The notes: generated by a model not told the origin, from the letters alone. Shown: positions 28,441 to 38,031, counted from the stretch's first letter. The stretch: 64,000 nt of DNA from a bacterium (GCA_021789695.1 JAJYJH010000011.1:486-64485), one strand, 5' to 3'. Translations and numbers: made by a program.

Positions 28441-29879
28441 GCGGTCTCATAGAACGTCTCGACGGATTCAGGCTGAGAATCCCGCCCTCCTACAAGCCGG
28501 GCATGAACGGGCCGGTGATAGTCTACGCCGATCCGGTGATAGAGAAGGACCTGGAGAACTCGGCGCTGGAGCAGGCAGCCAACACCGCGACACTGCCCGG
28601 CCTCGTCGGGGCCGCGCTGGCCATGCCGGATATACACTCCGGCTACGGCTTTCCGATAGGAGGAGTGGCGGCCTTCGACGCGCGCGACGGCGTCATTTCG
28701 CCGGGAGGCGTAGGCTACGACATTAACTGCGGCGTGCGCCTTATCGCCACCTCTCTCGAGGCCGGGACCGCTGCAAAGCGGCTGCAGGACCTCTCGCTCA
28801 GGCTTTACGCGGGCATCCCTGCGGGCGTCGGCGCCGGGGGCGGGGTAAGGGTGGGACGTCGGGAACAGGAGGCGTTGCTGACCGGGGGCGCGGCCTGGGC
28901 AGTGAATAACGGCCTGGGCAGGCCGGAGGACCTCGGGGCCATCGAGTCCGGCGGCGCCCTGCCGGGCGCGGACCCGGACGCCGTCAGCGCGCGCGCCTTG
29001 GAACGCGGCCGCGACCAGCTGGGCACGCTGGGCTCCGGCAACCATTTCATGGAGGTGCAGGAGGTCACCGACGTCTACGACGAGGACTCCGCCCGTGCAT
29101 TCGGGCTCTTCAAGGGCCAGCTTACGGTGATGCTGCACACCGGCTCGCGCGGCTTCGGCCACCAGGTCTGCACCGACTTTATAGAGGTCATGCGCGCGGC
29201 CGCGGCGCGCTACGGTATAGCCCTGGCGGACCAGCAGCTGGCGGCGGCTCCGTTCCGCAGCACGGAGGGACAGCGCTACTTCGGAGCCATGCAGGCGGCC
29301 GCCAACTACGCCTGGGCCAACCGCCAGGCCCTGACCGGCCTGACCAGGGAGATCTTTGAGAAGGTGTTCGGCATGGGAGCGAAGGCGCTGGACATGCGCC
29401 TGGTCTACGACGTAGCACACAACATAGCCAAGCTGGAGGAACACGAGATCGGCGGAAAAAAACTGGCGCTGGTCGTGCACCGCAAGGGCGCCACGCGCGC
29501 CTTCGGCCCCGGCCACCCGGAACTGCCGGCCGCCTATGCCCCCTACGGCCAGCCGGTCATCATCCCTGGCGACATGGGCAGGGCCTCCTACCTGCTGGCC
29601 GGCACCGGCGGGGCCATGGCCGAAACCTTCGGCTCCTCCTGCCACGGCGCTGGACGGCTGATAAGCCGCGGCGAGGCCTTGCGCCGGGCCCGCGGCCGCC
29701 GCATAGCCGACGAGCTGGCCGGCAAGGGCATCTGGGTGCGTTCCTCCGGCCGCGAGACGCTCTCCGAAGAGATGCCCGAGGCCTACAAGAACGTGGAAAA
29801 CGTGGTGGCCGTTGTGACCGGGGCCGGCATAGCCCGCCGCGTGGCCCGTTTCCGCCCGCTGGCCGTCATAAAGGGCTGA
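28437..29879 (+). CDS. rtcB: RNA 3'-phosphate ligase RtcB
   Basis: [35 protein letters not shown] and GSSCHGAGR motifs. 480 aa. Confidence 0.92.
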   Translation: MSGLIERLDGFRLRIPPSYKPGMNGPVIVYADPVIEKDLENSALEQAANTATLPGLVGAALAMPDIHSGYGFPIGGVAAFDARDGVISPGGVGYDINCGVRLIATSLEAGTAAKRLQDLSLRLYAGIPAGVGAGGGVRVGRREQEALLTGGAAWAVNNGLGRPEDLGAIESGGALPGADPDAVSARALERGRDQLGTLGSGNHFMEVQEVTDVYDEDSARAFGLFKGQLTVMLHTGSRGFGHQVCTDFIEVMRAAAARYGIALADQQLAAAPFRSTEGQRYFGAMQAAANYAWANRQALTGLTREIFEKVFGMGAKALDMRLVYDVAHNIAKLEEHEIGGKKLALVVHRKGATRAFGPGHPELPAAYAPYGQPVIIPGDMGRASYLLAGTGGAMAETFGSSCHGAGRLISRGEALRRARGRRIADELAGKGIWVRSSGRETLSEEMPEAYKNVENVVAVVTGAGIARRVARFRPLAVIKG

Positions 29880-29997
29880 GCCGGCGCCGCTCCGGAAAAT
29901 GCTCCAAAAGGGTATAATATCAGGGAACGGTGGCCTGTCCCCGTCAAAAAGACTTGCGCGCTTCATATTCCTAACGCCCTCATCTAAGGAGAATAAA

Positions 29998-31002
29998 ATG
30001 GGATTCAACCTTCGCAACAGACATTTCCTCAAGGAACTGGACTTCACCAAGCAGGAGCTCGAGTTCCTGCTGAAGCTCTCGGCCGACCTGAAGGCGGCCA
30101 AGTACGCCGGCACCGAGCAGCAGAAGCTCAAGGGCAAGAACATAGCCCTGATCTTCGAGAAGACCTCCACTCGCACGCGCTGCGCGTTCGAAGTGGCCGC
30201 GCACGACCAGGGCGCGCACGTGACCTACCTGGAGCCCACCGGCAGCCAGATGGGCCACAAGGAGACGGTGAAGGACACCGCCCGCGTGCTCGGGCGCATG
30301 TACGACGGCATAGAGTACCGCGGCTTCGGCCAGGAGATCGTGGAGGAGCTGGCGAAGTACGCTGGCGTCCCCGTGTGGAACGGCCTAACCAACCAGTGGC
30401 ATCCCACGCAGATGCTGGCCGACGTGCTGACGATGACGGAACACTGCGACAAGCCCCTCGAGAAGATTTCGTACGCCTACGTGGGCGACGCCCGTTTCAA
30501 CATGGGCCGCTCGCTGCTGGTGATTGGCTCCATCCTGGGCATGGACGTGCGCATCGGCGCGCCGAAGAGCCTGCAGCCCGACTCCGGGCTGGTAGCCAAA
30601 TGCAAGGAGATAGCCAAGGCCTCCGGCGCCCGCATCACCGTGACCGACAAGGTGGACGCGGCCGTTAAGGGCGTGGACTACCTGCACACCGACGTGTGGG
30701 TGTCTATGGGCGAGCCCAAGGAAGTGTGGGCCGAGCGCATAAAGCTCCTGAAGCCCTACCAGGTGAACCCGGCCATGGTGAAGAAGACAGGCAACAAGAG
30801 CGTGAAGTTCATGCACTGTCTGCCGGCGTTCCACAACGCCGATACCAAGGTTGGCGCGCAGGTCAGCGAGCAGTTCGGCCTGAAGAACGGCATAGAGGTG
30901 ACGGAGGACGTCTTCGAGTCGCCCGCGTGCATAGCGTTCGACCAGGCGGAGAACCGCATGCACACCATCAAGGCCGTCATGGTGGCCACCCTAGGGGCCT
31001 GA
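29998..31002 (+). CDS. argF: Ornithine carbamoyltransferase
   Basis: ATG at 29998 follows an AAGGAGA RBS. The product is near-colinear with E. coli ArgI/ArgF as I recall it ([37 protein letters not shown]). Confidence 0.92.
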   Translation: MGFNLRNRHFLKELDFTKQELEFLLKLSADLKAAKYAGTEQQKLKGKNIALIFEKTSTRTRCAFEVAAHDQGAHVTYLEPTGSQMGHKETVKDTARVLGRMYDGIEYRGFGQEIVEELAKYAGVPVWNGLTNQWHPTQMLADVLTMTEHCDKPLEKISYAYVGDARFNMGRSLLVIGSILGMDVRIGAPKSLQPDSGLVAKCKEIAKASGARITVTDKVDAAVKGVDYLHTDVWVSMGEPKEVWAERIKLLKPYQVNPAMVKKTGNKSVKFMHCLPAFHNADTKVGAQVSEQFGLKNGIEVTEDVFESPACIAFDQAENRMHTIKAVMVATLGA

Positions 31003-31031
31003 GGGGGCCTGCCGAAACGCGCCGGCCTGAG

Positions 31032-31949
31032 TCAAGCCCCGCCGCCGGCCTTCCCGGAGGGCGCGGCGTTCTGCCGCTTCACCAGCAGCGTCACCCAGTA
31101 GGCCCCGGCCATGGCCAGGGCCATGCCGGCCAGCTGGTAGGGATGTACGCGTTCTATGCCGAAGAACTGAGACAGCAGCATCGTCAGCGCCGGATAGGAA
31201 AGCACTATCGCTGTGGCCTTGGAGAGGTCCATGTTAAATATGGCCTTGTACCAGAGGATGTTGTTGAGGGCGGTCAGTACCAGGCCCGCGGCCAGCACCA
31301 GGCCCAGCAGTTCCAGGCTTGGCTCGAAGGCGACCACCGGCATCGCGAAGCCAAGCGCGAAAAGCGGCAGCACGCCCAGCGCGGCGAACAGCGCCCGCGC
31401 CGACGCCACGAAGACGTGCGACAGTTCGGTCGGCAGCTTTTTACTGAAGAGGTGCGATACCTGGTACATCAACGGAATTGCCAGCGCTATCAGGTCGCCG
31501 GTCCAGCGCACGGTAAAGCGCTCGTTAAAGGCTATCAGCAGCGTGCCCGAAAGCACCAGCAGCGTCCCGAAGAGCTGGCTCGGAGTTATCCTCTCGCGCA
31601 GGAACACGGCGGAGAGCACCACGGTGTATACCGCCTCCGCCTGCCCCAGCGCGGCCGCGTCGGCCGGAGTGGTGTACCTTAGCGCCAGCACCAGCGCGGC
31701 TATCGGCAGCGCGCTGCCGAAGAACCCCACCACCAGCAGCCGAGGCCACAGCCCGCGCCTGAAGTAGAGCCTGAAGGCCCCGGTGCGCAGCGCCCACGGC
31801 ACGAAGCAGGCGAAGCCGGCGACCGAGGCCGCCAGCGCGAAGAGCGGCGGCGCTATGCGCCCGGCCGCCAGAAAGCCCACTATAGGGAAGAAGGCGTTTA
31901 CGCCTACCGCCAGCCAGACGGCTCTCAGCGGTGTTATTTCCGCTTTCAT
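31032..31949 (-). CDS. DMT superfamily (EamA-like) transporter
   Basis: An internal ATG at 31947-31949 gives a 306-aa, 10-TM protein with two EamA-like halves. The 99 codons upstream in the track ORF are Arg/Gly-rich and do not look coding. Confidence 0.7.
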   Translation of the reverse strand: MKAEITPLRAVWLAVGVNAFFPIVGFLAAGRIAPPLFALAASVAGFACFVPWALRTGAFRLYFRRGLWPRLLVVGFFGSALPIAALVLALRYTTPADAAALGQAEAVYTVVLSAVFLRERITPSQLFGTLLVLSGTLLIAFNERFTVRWTGDLIALAIPLMYQVSHLFSKKLPTELSHVFVASARALFAALGVLPLFALGFAMPVVAFEPSLELLGLVLAAGLVLTALNNILWYKAIFNMDLSKATAIVLSYPALTMLLSQFFGIERVHPYQLAGMALAMAGAYWVTLLVKRQNAAPSGKAGGGA

Positions 31950-31966
31950 ATTGGTCCAGGGGCGGC

Positions 31967-33073
31967 TCACCGCAACAGTATCCTTTCCTTCCTCGGTCCG
32001 GAAGCCTCGTCCGGCACTATCCTGAAGTCTATACGTCCCAGTTCGCGTCCGTCCGAGGTGACGACCTCTACTCGCCACGGGCCGGGAGTATAGTTGGCCT
32101 TGACGGTGTAGCCGCGCCAGCCGGAACCGCGCCCACCGGTTATGGACAGCGGTATGACGTCGGCGCCCCCCCCGCCAGACAGCGGCAGCCAGCGTAGCGA
32201 AAGGCGGTCCCTGAAATCCACAGGCGCGAAGACCTGCACCCAGCAATAGACGGCGTCCCCGGGCCGCGCCAGGAAGGTTTGGTCGCCGCGCTGCCAGAAT
32301 TTCCAGCGCGGCCGCGTAGAGAAAAGTTCAAAGCTGTCCCCCCGCCGTTCCACCCCGTGGTAGACGCCTATCTCCGAGAGCGACAGCGGCACGGGCGGGA
32401 TGGCCTTCGCAAAATAGAGGGCTGAAAAGAGGACCGCGACCGAGACGAAGGGATAGACGAAATTCCTGCGCACGGCGGAACGCTGTTCCGGCAGACGCGT
32501 GTAAAGCCACCACGTCAGCCCAGCGGCGCAGACGGAGGAGGCGGCTATCGCCCCCAGGAAGGGCAACGTCCCCAGCCGCCCGGCCAGCATCGGCACCAGG
32601 TAGGTAAAGTAGGACAGCAGGCAGAGGCTGAACAGGCTCATGCGCAGCAGCGTCCCGTAATTCTCGAAGGGCTTCAGTTCGTTCAGCAGCAGCAGCCCCA
32701 GCAGTCCCAGCAGGAACAGGAACGAGACTCCGGGAGAGGCGCTTTTGAAATAGAAGAACGTGTAGATGTTGAGCAGCGTGCCCAGCATGAAGTGCGTGGC
32801 GCCTTCGTGGTAGCGCCAGGCCCCCCTGAGCCTCTCCGGCGGGGAGAACCGCCCGAAGCGCTCGCTCAGCTCCAGCCCGGTGAAGAAGGCCGACAGGGCG
32901 AGATAGACGGCCTGGTGGATTATATTATGCAGTCTGTCTATACGGCCAACGGCCGTCACGTCGAACAGGAAGCCGGCGGCGAAGAAGCCGGCCGAGCAGG
33001 CCGGCTCGTGCGAGAGGTAGAATGCCTTCAGGCGCTCCAGGAAGGCGCTGGCTTTAAGCCGGAGCTCGTTCAT
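31967..33073 (-). CDS. Polytopic membrane protein with a C-terminal soluble domain (DUF2914-like)
   Basis: 368 aa, with about 7 hydrophobic segments followed by a ~100-aa beta-rich tail (YCWVQVFAPVDFRDRLSLRW...WRVEVVTSDGRELGRIDFRIV). The family call is an impression. Confidence 0.5.
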   Translation of the reverse strand: MNELRLKASAFLERLKAFYLSHEPACSAGFFAAGFLFDVTAVGRIDRLHNIIHQAVYLALSAFFTGLELSERFGRFSPPERLRGAWRYHEGATHFMLGTLLNIYTFFYFKSASPGVSFLFLLGLLGLLLLNELKPFENYGTLLRMSLFSLCLLSYFTYLVPMLAGRLGTLPFLGAIAASSVCAAGLTWWLYTRLPEQRSAVRRNFVYPFVSVAVLFSALYFAKAIPPVPLSLSEIGVYHGVERRGDSFELFSTRPRWKFWQRGDQTFLARPGDAVYCWVQVFAPVDFRDRLSLRWLPLSGGGGADVIPLSITGGRGSGWRGYTVKANYTPGPWRVEVVTSDGRELGRIDFRIVPDEASGPRKERILLR

Positions 33074-33181
33074 AGTCGTCGTCCGGGCTCAGTCCCGGAT
33101 TCCGCCACGGACTTATTTTATAAAATACGCGCCTGCCGGCCCTCCCCGCTAATTCATATAATTTATGCCGGCGGTCCAAGA

Positions 33182-34294
33182 ATGAAAACATATCACTTCC
33201 TGCCGGTCTTCATAGTCCTGCTGGCCTCCTATGTAGGCATACACCTGTACGCCGCGCGCTGGCTGATGCGCAGTTTCTCGCTGGCCGGCCCGGCGGCGCA
33301 GTGGCTGAAGGCGGCCTTCCTGGCCGCGGCCGTCCTGGCGCCTTTCGCCATGTTCTTCAGGCGCCGTCTCGGCGACCATCTGCTGGAGCCGCTCTACACG
33401 GCTATCTATGTGTGGATGGGCGTCATCGTGATCGCCGCGTTCGTCTTCTTCTGTTCCGACCTGCTGGCCCTGCTGCTGCGGCGAGCCGGCTGGTTCCGCC
33501 CGCTGCCTTTCGCGGCCGGCACGCTGGCGGTACTGGCGGCCATAATAGTCTGGAGCCTCTACGGCGCGCTGCGTGTGCCGCCCGTAAGGCCGGTCTCCGT
33601 CGCGTTCAAAGGCCTGCCTCCGGAGCTGGAAGGCCTGAAGATAGCGCAGATCTCGGATATGCACCTGGACGCTGAATGGAAAGTACGAAAGTTCGCGGCC
33701 ATCATCGACGAGATCAACGCCGCGGGACCGGATTTGGTGGTGTTCACGGGGGACCTGGTGGACCCGGGAGTGACCTGCGGCCGGGAACTAAAGGACATAG
33801 CGGGCCGCATCAAGAGCAGGCTCGGGGTTTACGGGGCGCTGGGAAATCACGAATACTATTACGGTCTCGGCAGGGCCGAGGACTGTTACGCGCACATAGG
33901 GATAAAGCTCCTCAAAGACTCCGCAACAGACACAGGCGCCCTGCGCGTCATAGGCCTCGGCGACATACACACCGCGCATTTGACCCGCGCCGACGTAGAG
34001 GACGTGCTGAGGAGATATAAGGACGGAAGGTTCACGGTGGTGCTCTCGCACCAGCCGGTCTTCTACCGCGCCATCGCCTCGGTCGGGGACTACTTGGTGC
34101 TCTCCGGACACACCCACAGGGGCCAAATCTTCCCCTTCCATATCTTCACCTGGCTGTTCTACCGCCATTTTTACGGTCTGTACCGCATAGGCGGCAGCGT
34201 CTTCTACGTCACCTCCGGAGCCGGCACCTGGGGACCTCCGCTGCGCTGGCTGGCCCCTTCCGAGATACCGCTGATCACGCTTAAGGCGGGCTGA
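33182..34294 (+). CDS. Membrane-anchored metallophosphoesterase (calcineurin-like, YkuE/YaeI-like)
   Basis: ATG at 33182 gives 4-5 N-terminal TM helices, followed by ISDMHLD, TGDLVD, GNHE and SGHTHRGQ metallophosphoesterase motifs. Confidence 0.8.
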   Translation: MKTYHFLPVFIVLLASYVGIHLYAARWLMRSFSLAGPAAQWLKAAFLAAAVLAPFAMFFRRRLGDHLLEPLYTAIYVWMGVIVIAAFVFFCSDLLALLLRRAGWFRPLPFAAGTLAVLAAIIVWSLYGALRVPPVRPVSVAFKGLPPELEGLKIAQISDMHLDAEWKVRKFAAIIDEINAAGPDLVVFTGDLVDPGVTCGRELKDIAGRIKSRLGVYGALGNHEYYYGLGRAEDCYAHIGIKLLKDSATDTGALRVIGLGDIHTAHLTRADVEDVLRRYKDGRFTVVLSHQPVFYRAIASVGDYLVLSGHTHRGQIFPFHIFTWLFYRHFYGLYRIGGSVFYVTSGAGTWGPPLRWLAPSEIPLITLKAG

Positions 34295-34412
34295 CCTGCC
34301 CTAAGGGCCCACCCTGAGCCGGGCTATTTAACTCCCCCATGCTGGGACCGCTGGAACTTGCCGTATTCCCCTCCTCTGTTAAACTATAGAACGTAACCCA
34401 AAAGGAGAACCG

Positions 34413-35672
34413 ATGCGGAACGCTCTCAGGAACCTATCTCTCGCGGCGGCCATACTTTCCATATCCCTTCCCATAGGCGCTATGACTACACAGGGGACGA
34501 TCCCCGACGCGGCCGCCGTGGCCTCCGCGTCGGACGACCCCTGCTCTTATCTGGCTGCCCAAAGGTCCGCGCGCGGCCTGACCGGCCTGATGAACGACCC
34601 GGACCCCCGCGTGCAGGACTGCGCCATCCGCGCCGCTGGCAGGGCCAAGGACGCCGCCTCCGCAAACATCCTGCTCGGCAACGTCGAATCCTACCTCCAC
34701 GCCTCCGGCTCGCGCAGTTACGGCGCTTATGAGAACAATCTCCGGGCCCGCCTGAAGGCCATCAACTCCATCTGGGCCCTGGGCGAGATGCGCAGTTCCC
34801 GGATCATGGCCCGCCTGCTGCGATTCTTCGAAGCCTCCGACCAGACCATAAAGATAAACCTCGTGATAGGCGCAGGCAAGGCCCGCTCACCCCTGACCGC
34901 GGCCTTTCTGTACAAGCTGGCCGGCTCGGCCGAAGAGAGCAACGAGGTCCGCGCCGCGGCCTACGAGATGCTGGCCGAGGACGGCGTCCGCGCCCCCGCC
35001 CCCAGACTCTCCTTCGACGGGATGCAGAAAGCCGACATCATCTACACCGGCGGCCTCACCGGCATTCCGCAGGACTGGATCGGCGACCTGGCCATAGGCC
35101 ACGCCGGGATCTACGGAGGGACGGAGATAAGGAACGGCCGGCTAGAGGTGCTGATCTACGACTGCGTGCCGGATAACTTCAAACCATACGGCGGCGTACG
35201 CAAGATATATTCGTTCAGGGATTTCACTCATGAGGACAGTTATCCCTTCTTCGGCAACCGCGTCAGCAAGACGCGCCCCACTCCGGAGCAGCGCGAACTG
35301 GTGATAAAGGCGGCCATAGCCAAGCTGGGGCATCACTACAGCAACTCCCATTTCCAGCAGAAGGGGCCCGACTATTTCGACTGCGTCGGCTTCACCGAGT
35401 ACGCCTACGAAGCCGCCGGCCTGAATCCCACCCCTGACGACCAGGAAACCGGCTGGGGCTGGCCGCTGACCCCGGCGGAGCAATTCGCCGCCACCGTGCC
35501 GGACACTCAGAACGCCCCGGCGCCGGTCAATATGCCGCCCCTTCCGCTTCCGCAGCCGCAGAACACCGGCATAGTAGCGCAGAGCGAGAACGCCGTTATG
35601 CACGCCTTCGGCCTCAGGGCCCAGTCCCTTCCAGGTGTCCCGCTCCCAACCGGCGTCAAAGCCGTGAACTGA
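34413..35672 (+). CDS. Exported protein: HEAT-like repeats plus a permuted papain-like (YiiX/YaeF, NlpC/P60-related) domain
   Basis: Signal peptide (LSLAAAILSISLPIGAMT). The N-half has a PDPRVQDCAIRAAGRAKD-type HEAT motif. In the C-half, His (AIGHAGIY) precedes Cys (YFDCVGFTEYAY), which is the permuted order. Confidence 0.55.
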   Translation: MRNALRNLSLAAAILSISLPIGAMTTQGTIPDAAAVASASDDPCSYLAAQRSARGLTGLMNDPDPRVQDCAIRAAGRAKDAASANILLGNVESYLHASGSRSYGAYENNLRARLKAINSIWALGEMRSSRIMARLLRFFEASDQTIKINLVIGAGKARSPLTAAFLYKLAGSAEESNEVRAAAYEMLAEDGVRAPAPRLSFDGMQKADIIYTGGLTGIPQDWIGDLAIGHAGIYGGTEIRNGRLEVLIYDCVPDNFKPYGGVRKIYSFRDFTHEDSYPFFGNRVSKTRPTPEQRELVIKAAIAKLGHHYSNSHFQQKGPDYFDCVGFTEYAYEAAGLNPTPDDQETGWGWPLTPAEQFAATVPDTQNAPAPVNMPPLPLPQPQNTGIVAQSENAVMHAFGLRAQSLPGVPLPTGVKAVN

Positions 35673-35683
35673 AAAGTGGCACC

Positions 35684-35720
35684 AAAGAAGAACGCCCCGG
35701 AGTACGGGGCGTTCTTCTTT
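35684..35720. terminator. Bidirectional intrinsic terminator between convergent genes
   Basis: 16-bp stem aaagaagaacgccccg / cggggcgttcttcttt with a 5-nt loop. Confidence 0.75.
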
Positions 35721-35738
35721 GTTAAGCCGGATCCAGGC

Positions 35739-36359
35739 TTACCGCGCGTTGCCGGTCATCTTCAGCAGTTCCGCCTTCAACTTGACAGGCAGCTCCGGAT
35801 GCTTCTGCACATAGCGTCCAAACCAGGAGTAAATCTGCTTGACCGCGTTCGCCTGGGTTATGGAACCGGAGGAGATTTCCTTGTACAGCTGGTACTCCAG
35901 CTTATCCTTGCCGTCGCTCTCGGTGGCGCCGTGCGGCTCGGGCCAGAGGTTGTCCTCCGAGCTGTCCCCCCCTATGCATAACGGCAGCAGGTGGTCGAAC
36001 TCGTAGCTGTGCCAGTCTGACTGAGGCACGCCGTACTTGCCGGCCACGTCCAGTTTCATCTGCTTGGTCACGTTGCGGTTGCAGTAGGCTATATGCTCGG
36101 GATAGCGGTACTCCTTGAAGTTTGGATCGTCCGGAGTGCACAGAGCGCCGGGAGTTACCGACCAGTCGGGCTGGGCGACCCTGGAGACGGCCACCGTTTT
36201 AAGCGGGGTAGGAACGGCAGGAGCCGCGCCAGCGGACCCGGCAGACGGGATAACGGCGGTTTCGTTAAGAAGGGCTTGGAAGGCCGAGGGGGCGGCGAAA
36301 ACTGCGCCGGAGAGGGAGACTGAGAAAAGAGCCAACAGGAAGACTTTAAGTTTTTTCAC
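35739..36359 (-). CDS. Exported HNH-motif nuclease-like protein
   Basis: GTG start at 36357-36359 with GGAGG 6 nt upstream. Signal peptide (V/M)KKLKVFLLALFSVSLSGAVFA. HNH-like core YEFDHLLPLCIGGDSSEDNLWPEPH. Confidence 0.6.
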   Translation of the reverse strand: MKKLKVFLLALFSVSLSGAVFAAPSAFQALLNETAVIPSAGSAGAAPAVPTPLKTVAVSRVAQPDWSVTPGALCTPDDPNFKEYRYPEHIAYCNRNVTKQMKLDVAGKYGVPQSDWHSYEFDHLLPLCIGGDSSEDNLWPEPHGATESDGKDKLEYQLYKEISSGSITQANAVKQIYSWFGRYVQKHPELPVKLKAELLKMTGNAR

Positions 36360-36437
36360 GCTAACCTCCGAACTTTACTGCCACCGGGCAGTTATGACTT
36401 AAATCAAGTTTAGCCCAAATGGGTTAAATCGCAAGAC

Positions 36438-36469
36438 CCAAAAGACCTATACCCATATAGGTCTTTTGG
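36438..36469. repeat. Perfect 14-bp-arm inverted repeat (hairpin/palindrome) in a divergent intergenic region
   Basis: ccaaaagacctata (36438-36451), loop ccca, tataggtcttttgg (36456-36469). A partial third copy, cctatatag, follows at 36470-36478. Confidence 0.8.
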
Positions 36470-36559
36470 CCTATATAGTTAAGACCAGGCCGGCAGTTCT
36501 CCCGCTCCCCCGATGTCCTGCCGCGCGCTATTTGCTATCATGTAGATGTCCCTGAGACT

Positions 36560-36656
36560 CCGGGACGCGGGGAGCTTGGTAGTTACCAGGCTGAGAGTTC
36601 CGGTGTTGCCGGAAGACCCTTAAAACTTGACCCGGGTAATACCGGCGGAGGGAATA
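36560..36656 (+). promoter_or_regulatory. TPP (THI-box) riboswitch aptamer
   Basis: GGGGAGC...GGCTGAGAG...ACCCTT..AACTTGACCCGGGTAATACCGGCGGAGGGAA matches the conserved THI-element core (CUGAGA, ACCC, AACCUGA, GGnUAAUnCCnGCG, AGGGA). It lies upstream of thiC. Confidence 0.88.
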
Positions 36657-36680
36657 ATGAAAGGGGCTTATAACCTGTTG

Positions 36681-36709
36681 CCGACCGCAGCCGCGCGGCC
36701 GGTTTTTTT
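36681..36709 (+). terminator. Riboswitch expression-platform terminator
   Basis: Stem ccgaccgc / gcggccgg (one mismatch), followed by T7. It sits between the aptamer and the thiC RBS. Confidence 0.6.
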
Positions 36710-36738
36710 ATGTCATTTTTCCTTCCAAAAAGGAAAAC

Positions 36739-38031
36739 ATGACACAACTGGAATCAGCCCGCAAGGGCGTACTGGCGCCCGAGATCGTTAAGGCCGCCGC
36801 GCGAGAGAAGGCCGAGGCCGGCTTGCTCCTCCGGGAGACCGCCGCCGGACGGGCGGTGGTGCCGGCCAACGTCAACCACAAGAACCTGTTCCCCGCGGCC
36901 ATAGGCGGGGCTTTCACCTGCAAGATAAACGTGAACCTTGGCACCTCGGACGGCCGCTCCGGGCTCAAAGAGGAACTGCACAAGCTGGACCTGGCCGCGC
37001 GTCTCGGGGCCGACGCCGTTATGGACCTCTCCACCGGCGGCGACCTGCCTAAAATCAGGAAAGAGATTATAGCCGCCAGCCCCATGCCGGTGGGCACCGT
37101 GCCCGTATACGAGGCCCTCAAGCGCGCGGGCGGTGTTAGGGGGATCAGCCGGCAGCTGCTGCTCGAGGTAATAGAGGAGCACGCCGAGGCCGGCGTGGAC
37201 TTCATGACCATACACGCGGGCCTGCTGAAGGAACACCTGCCGCTGGTGAAGGGACGCACCACCGGCATAGTGTCGCGCGGCGGCGCGGCCATGGCCCGCT
37301 GGATGGCGGCCAACGACGCCGAGAACCCGTTCTACGACCAGTTCGACGCTATCTGCGAAATATTCCGCAAGCACGACGTGACCTTCAGCCTGGGCGATGG
37401 CCTGCGGCCAGGCTCGCTCGCGGACGCGGGCGACGCTGCGCAGTTCGCCGAGCTGGAAAAACTCGGGGAACTGGTGAAGCGTTCCAGAGCGGCCGGCGTA
37501 CAGGTGATGGTGGAAGGCCCTGGGCATATGCCGCTCGACCAGGTGGAACTGAACATGAAGAAGGCGGGAAAGGTCTGCCACGGCGCGCCCTTTTACGTAC
37601 TCGGGCCGCTGGTGACCGACGTAGCCGCGGGCTACGACCACATCAACGCGGCCATAGGCGGGGCGCTGGCCGCCTGGCACGGCGCTTCTTTTCTCTGCTA
37701 CGTCACGCCCAAGGAGCACCTGGGGCTGCCGGAGCTGGAGGACGTGAGACAGGGCATAATCGCCTCCAAGATAGCAGCGCACGCGGCCGACATAGCACGC
37801 GGCCGGCACGGCGCGGCCGAACGCGACCGCGAGATGTCCCGCGCGCGGTACGCCTTCGACTGGGAGCGTCAGTTCTCGCTCGCGCTGGACCCGGACCGGG
37901 CCCGCCGCTATCACCAGGGGGACGTCAGGAAGAAATACTGCGGTATGTGCGGGCCGAAGTTCTGCTCCATGCGAGCCTCCCGCAAGCTGGGCAAGACCGT
38001 GAAGGCGCGCCATACGAAGGCAGCCGCGTGA
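36739..38031 (+). CDS. thiC: Phosphomethylpyrimidine synthase (radical SAM)
   Basis: The 430-aa product has full-length ThiC character (TIHAG, MVEGPGH, C-terminal [11 protein letters not shown] cluster motif). Confidence 0.93.
   Translation: MTQLESARKGVLAPEIVKAAAREKAEAGLLLRETAAGRAVVPANVNHKNLFPAAIGGAFTCKINVNLGTSDGRSGLKEELHKLDLAARLGADAVMDLSTGGDLPKIRKEIIAASPMPVGTVPVYEALKRAGGVRGISRQLLLEVIEEHAEAGVDFMTIHAGLLKEHLPLVKGRTTGIVSRGGAAMARWMAANDAENPFYDQFDAICEIFRKHDVTFSLGDGLRPGSLADAGDAAQFAELEKLGELVKRSRAAGVQVMVEGPGHMPLDQVELNMKKAGKVCHGAPFYVLGPLVTDVAAGYDHINAAIGGALAAWHGASFLCYVTPKEHLGLPELEDVRQGIIASKIAAHAADIARGRHGAAERDREMSRARYAFDWERQFSLALDPDRARRYHQGDVRKKYCGMCGPKFCSMRASRKLGKTVKARHTKAAA

Noticed and set aside
28374-30176. 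600-aa minus-strand ORF
   Set aside because: It lies opposite rtcB, which is unmistakable from its motifs. It has shadow-ORF composition and also crosses the rtcB-argF intergenic region.
31950-32246. N-terminal extensions in the track ORFs of several real genes (31032-32246, 32792-34294, 56071-57519, 56973-57950, 19014-22631, 26211-27917, 29899-31002)
   Set aside because: In each case the extension is Arg/Gly-rich, overlaps the neighbouring gene, or begins at a TTG or GTG. An internal ATG with an RBS, a signal peptide, or a 4-nt overlap with the upstream stop gives a product of family-typical length.
36754-38013. 419-aa minus-strand ORF
   Set aside because: It is exactly antisense to thiC. 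It is a GC-driven open frame with no motifs.
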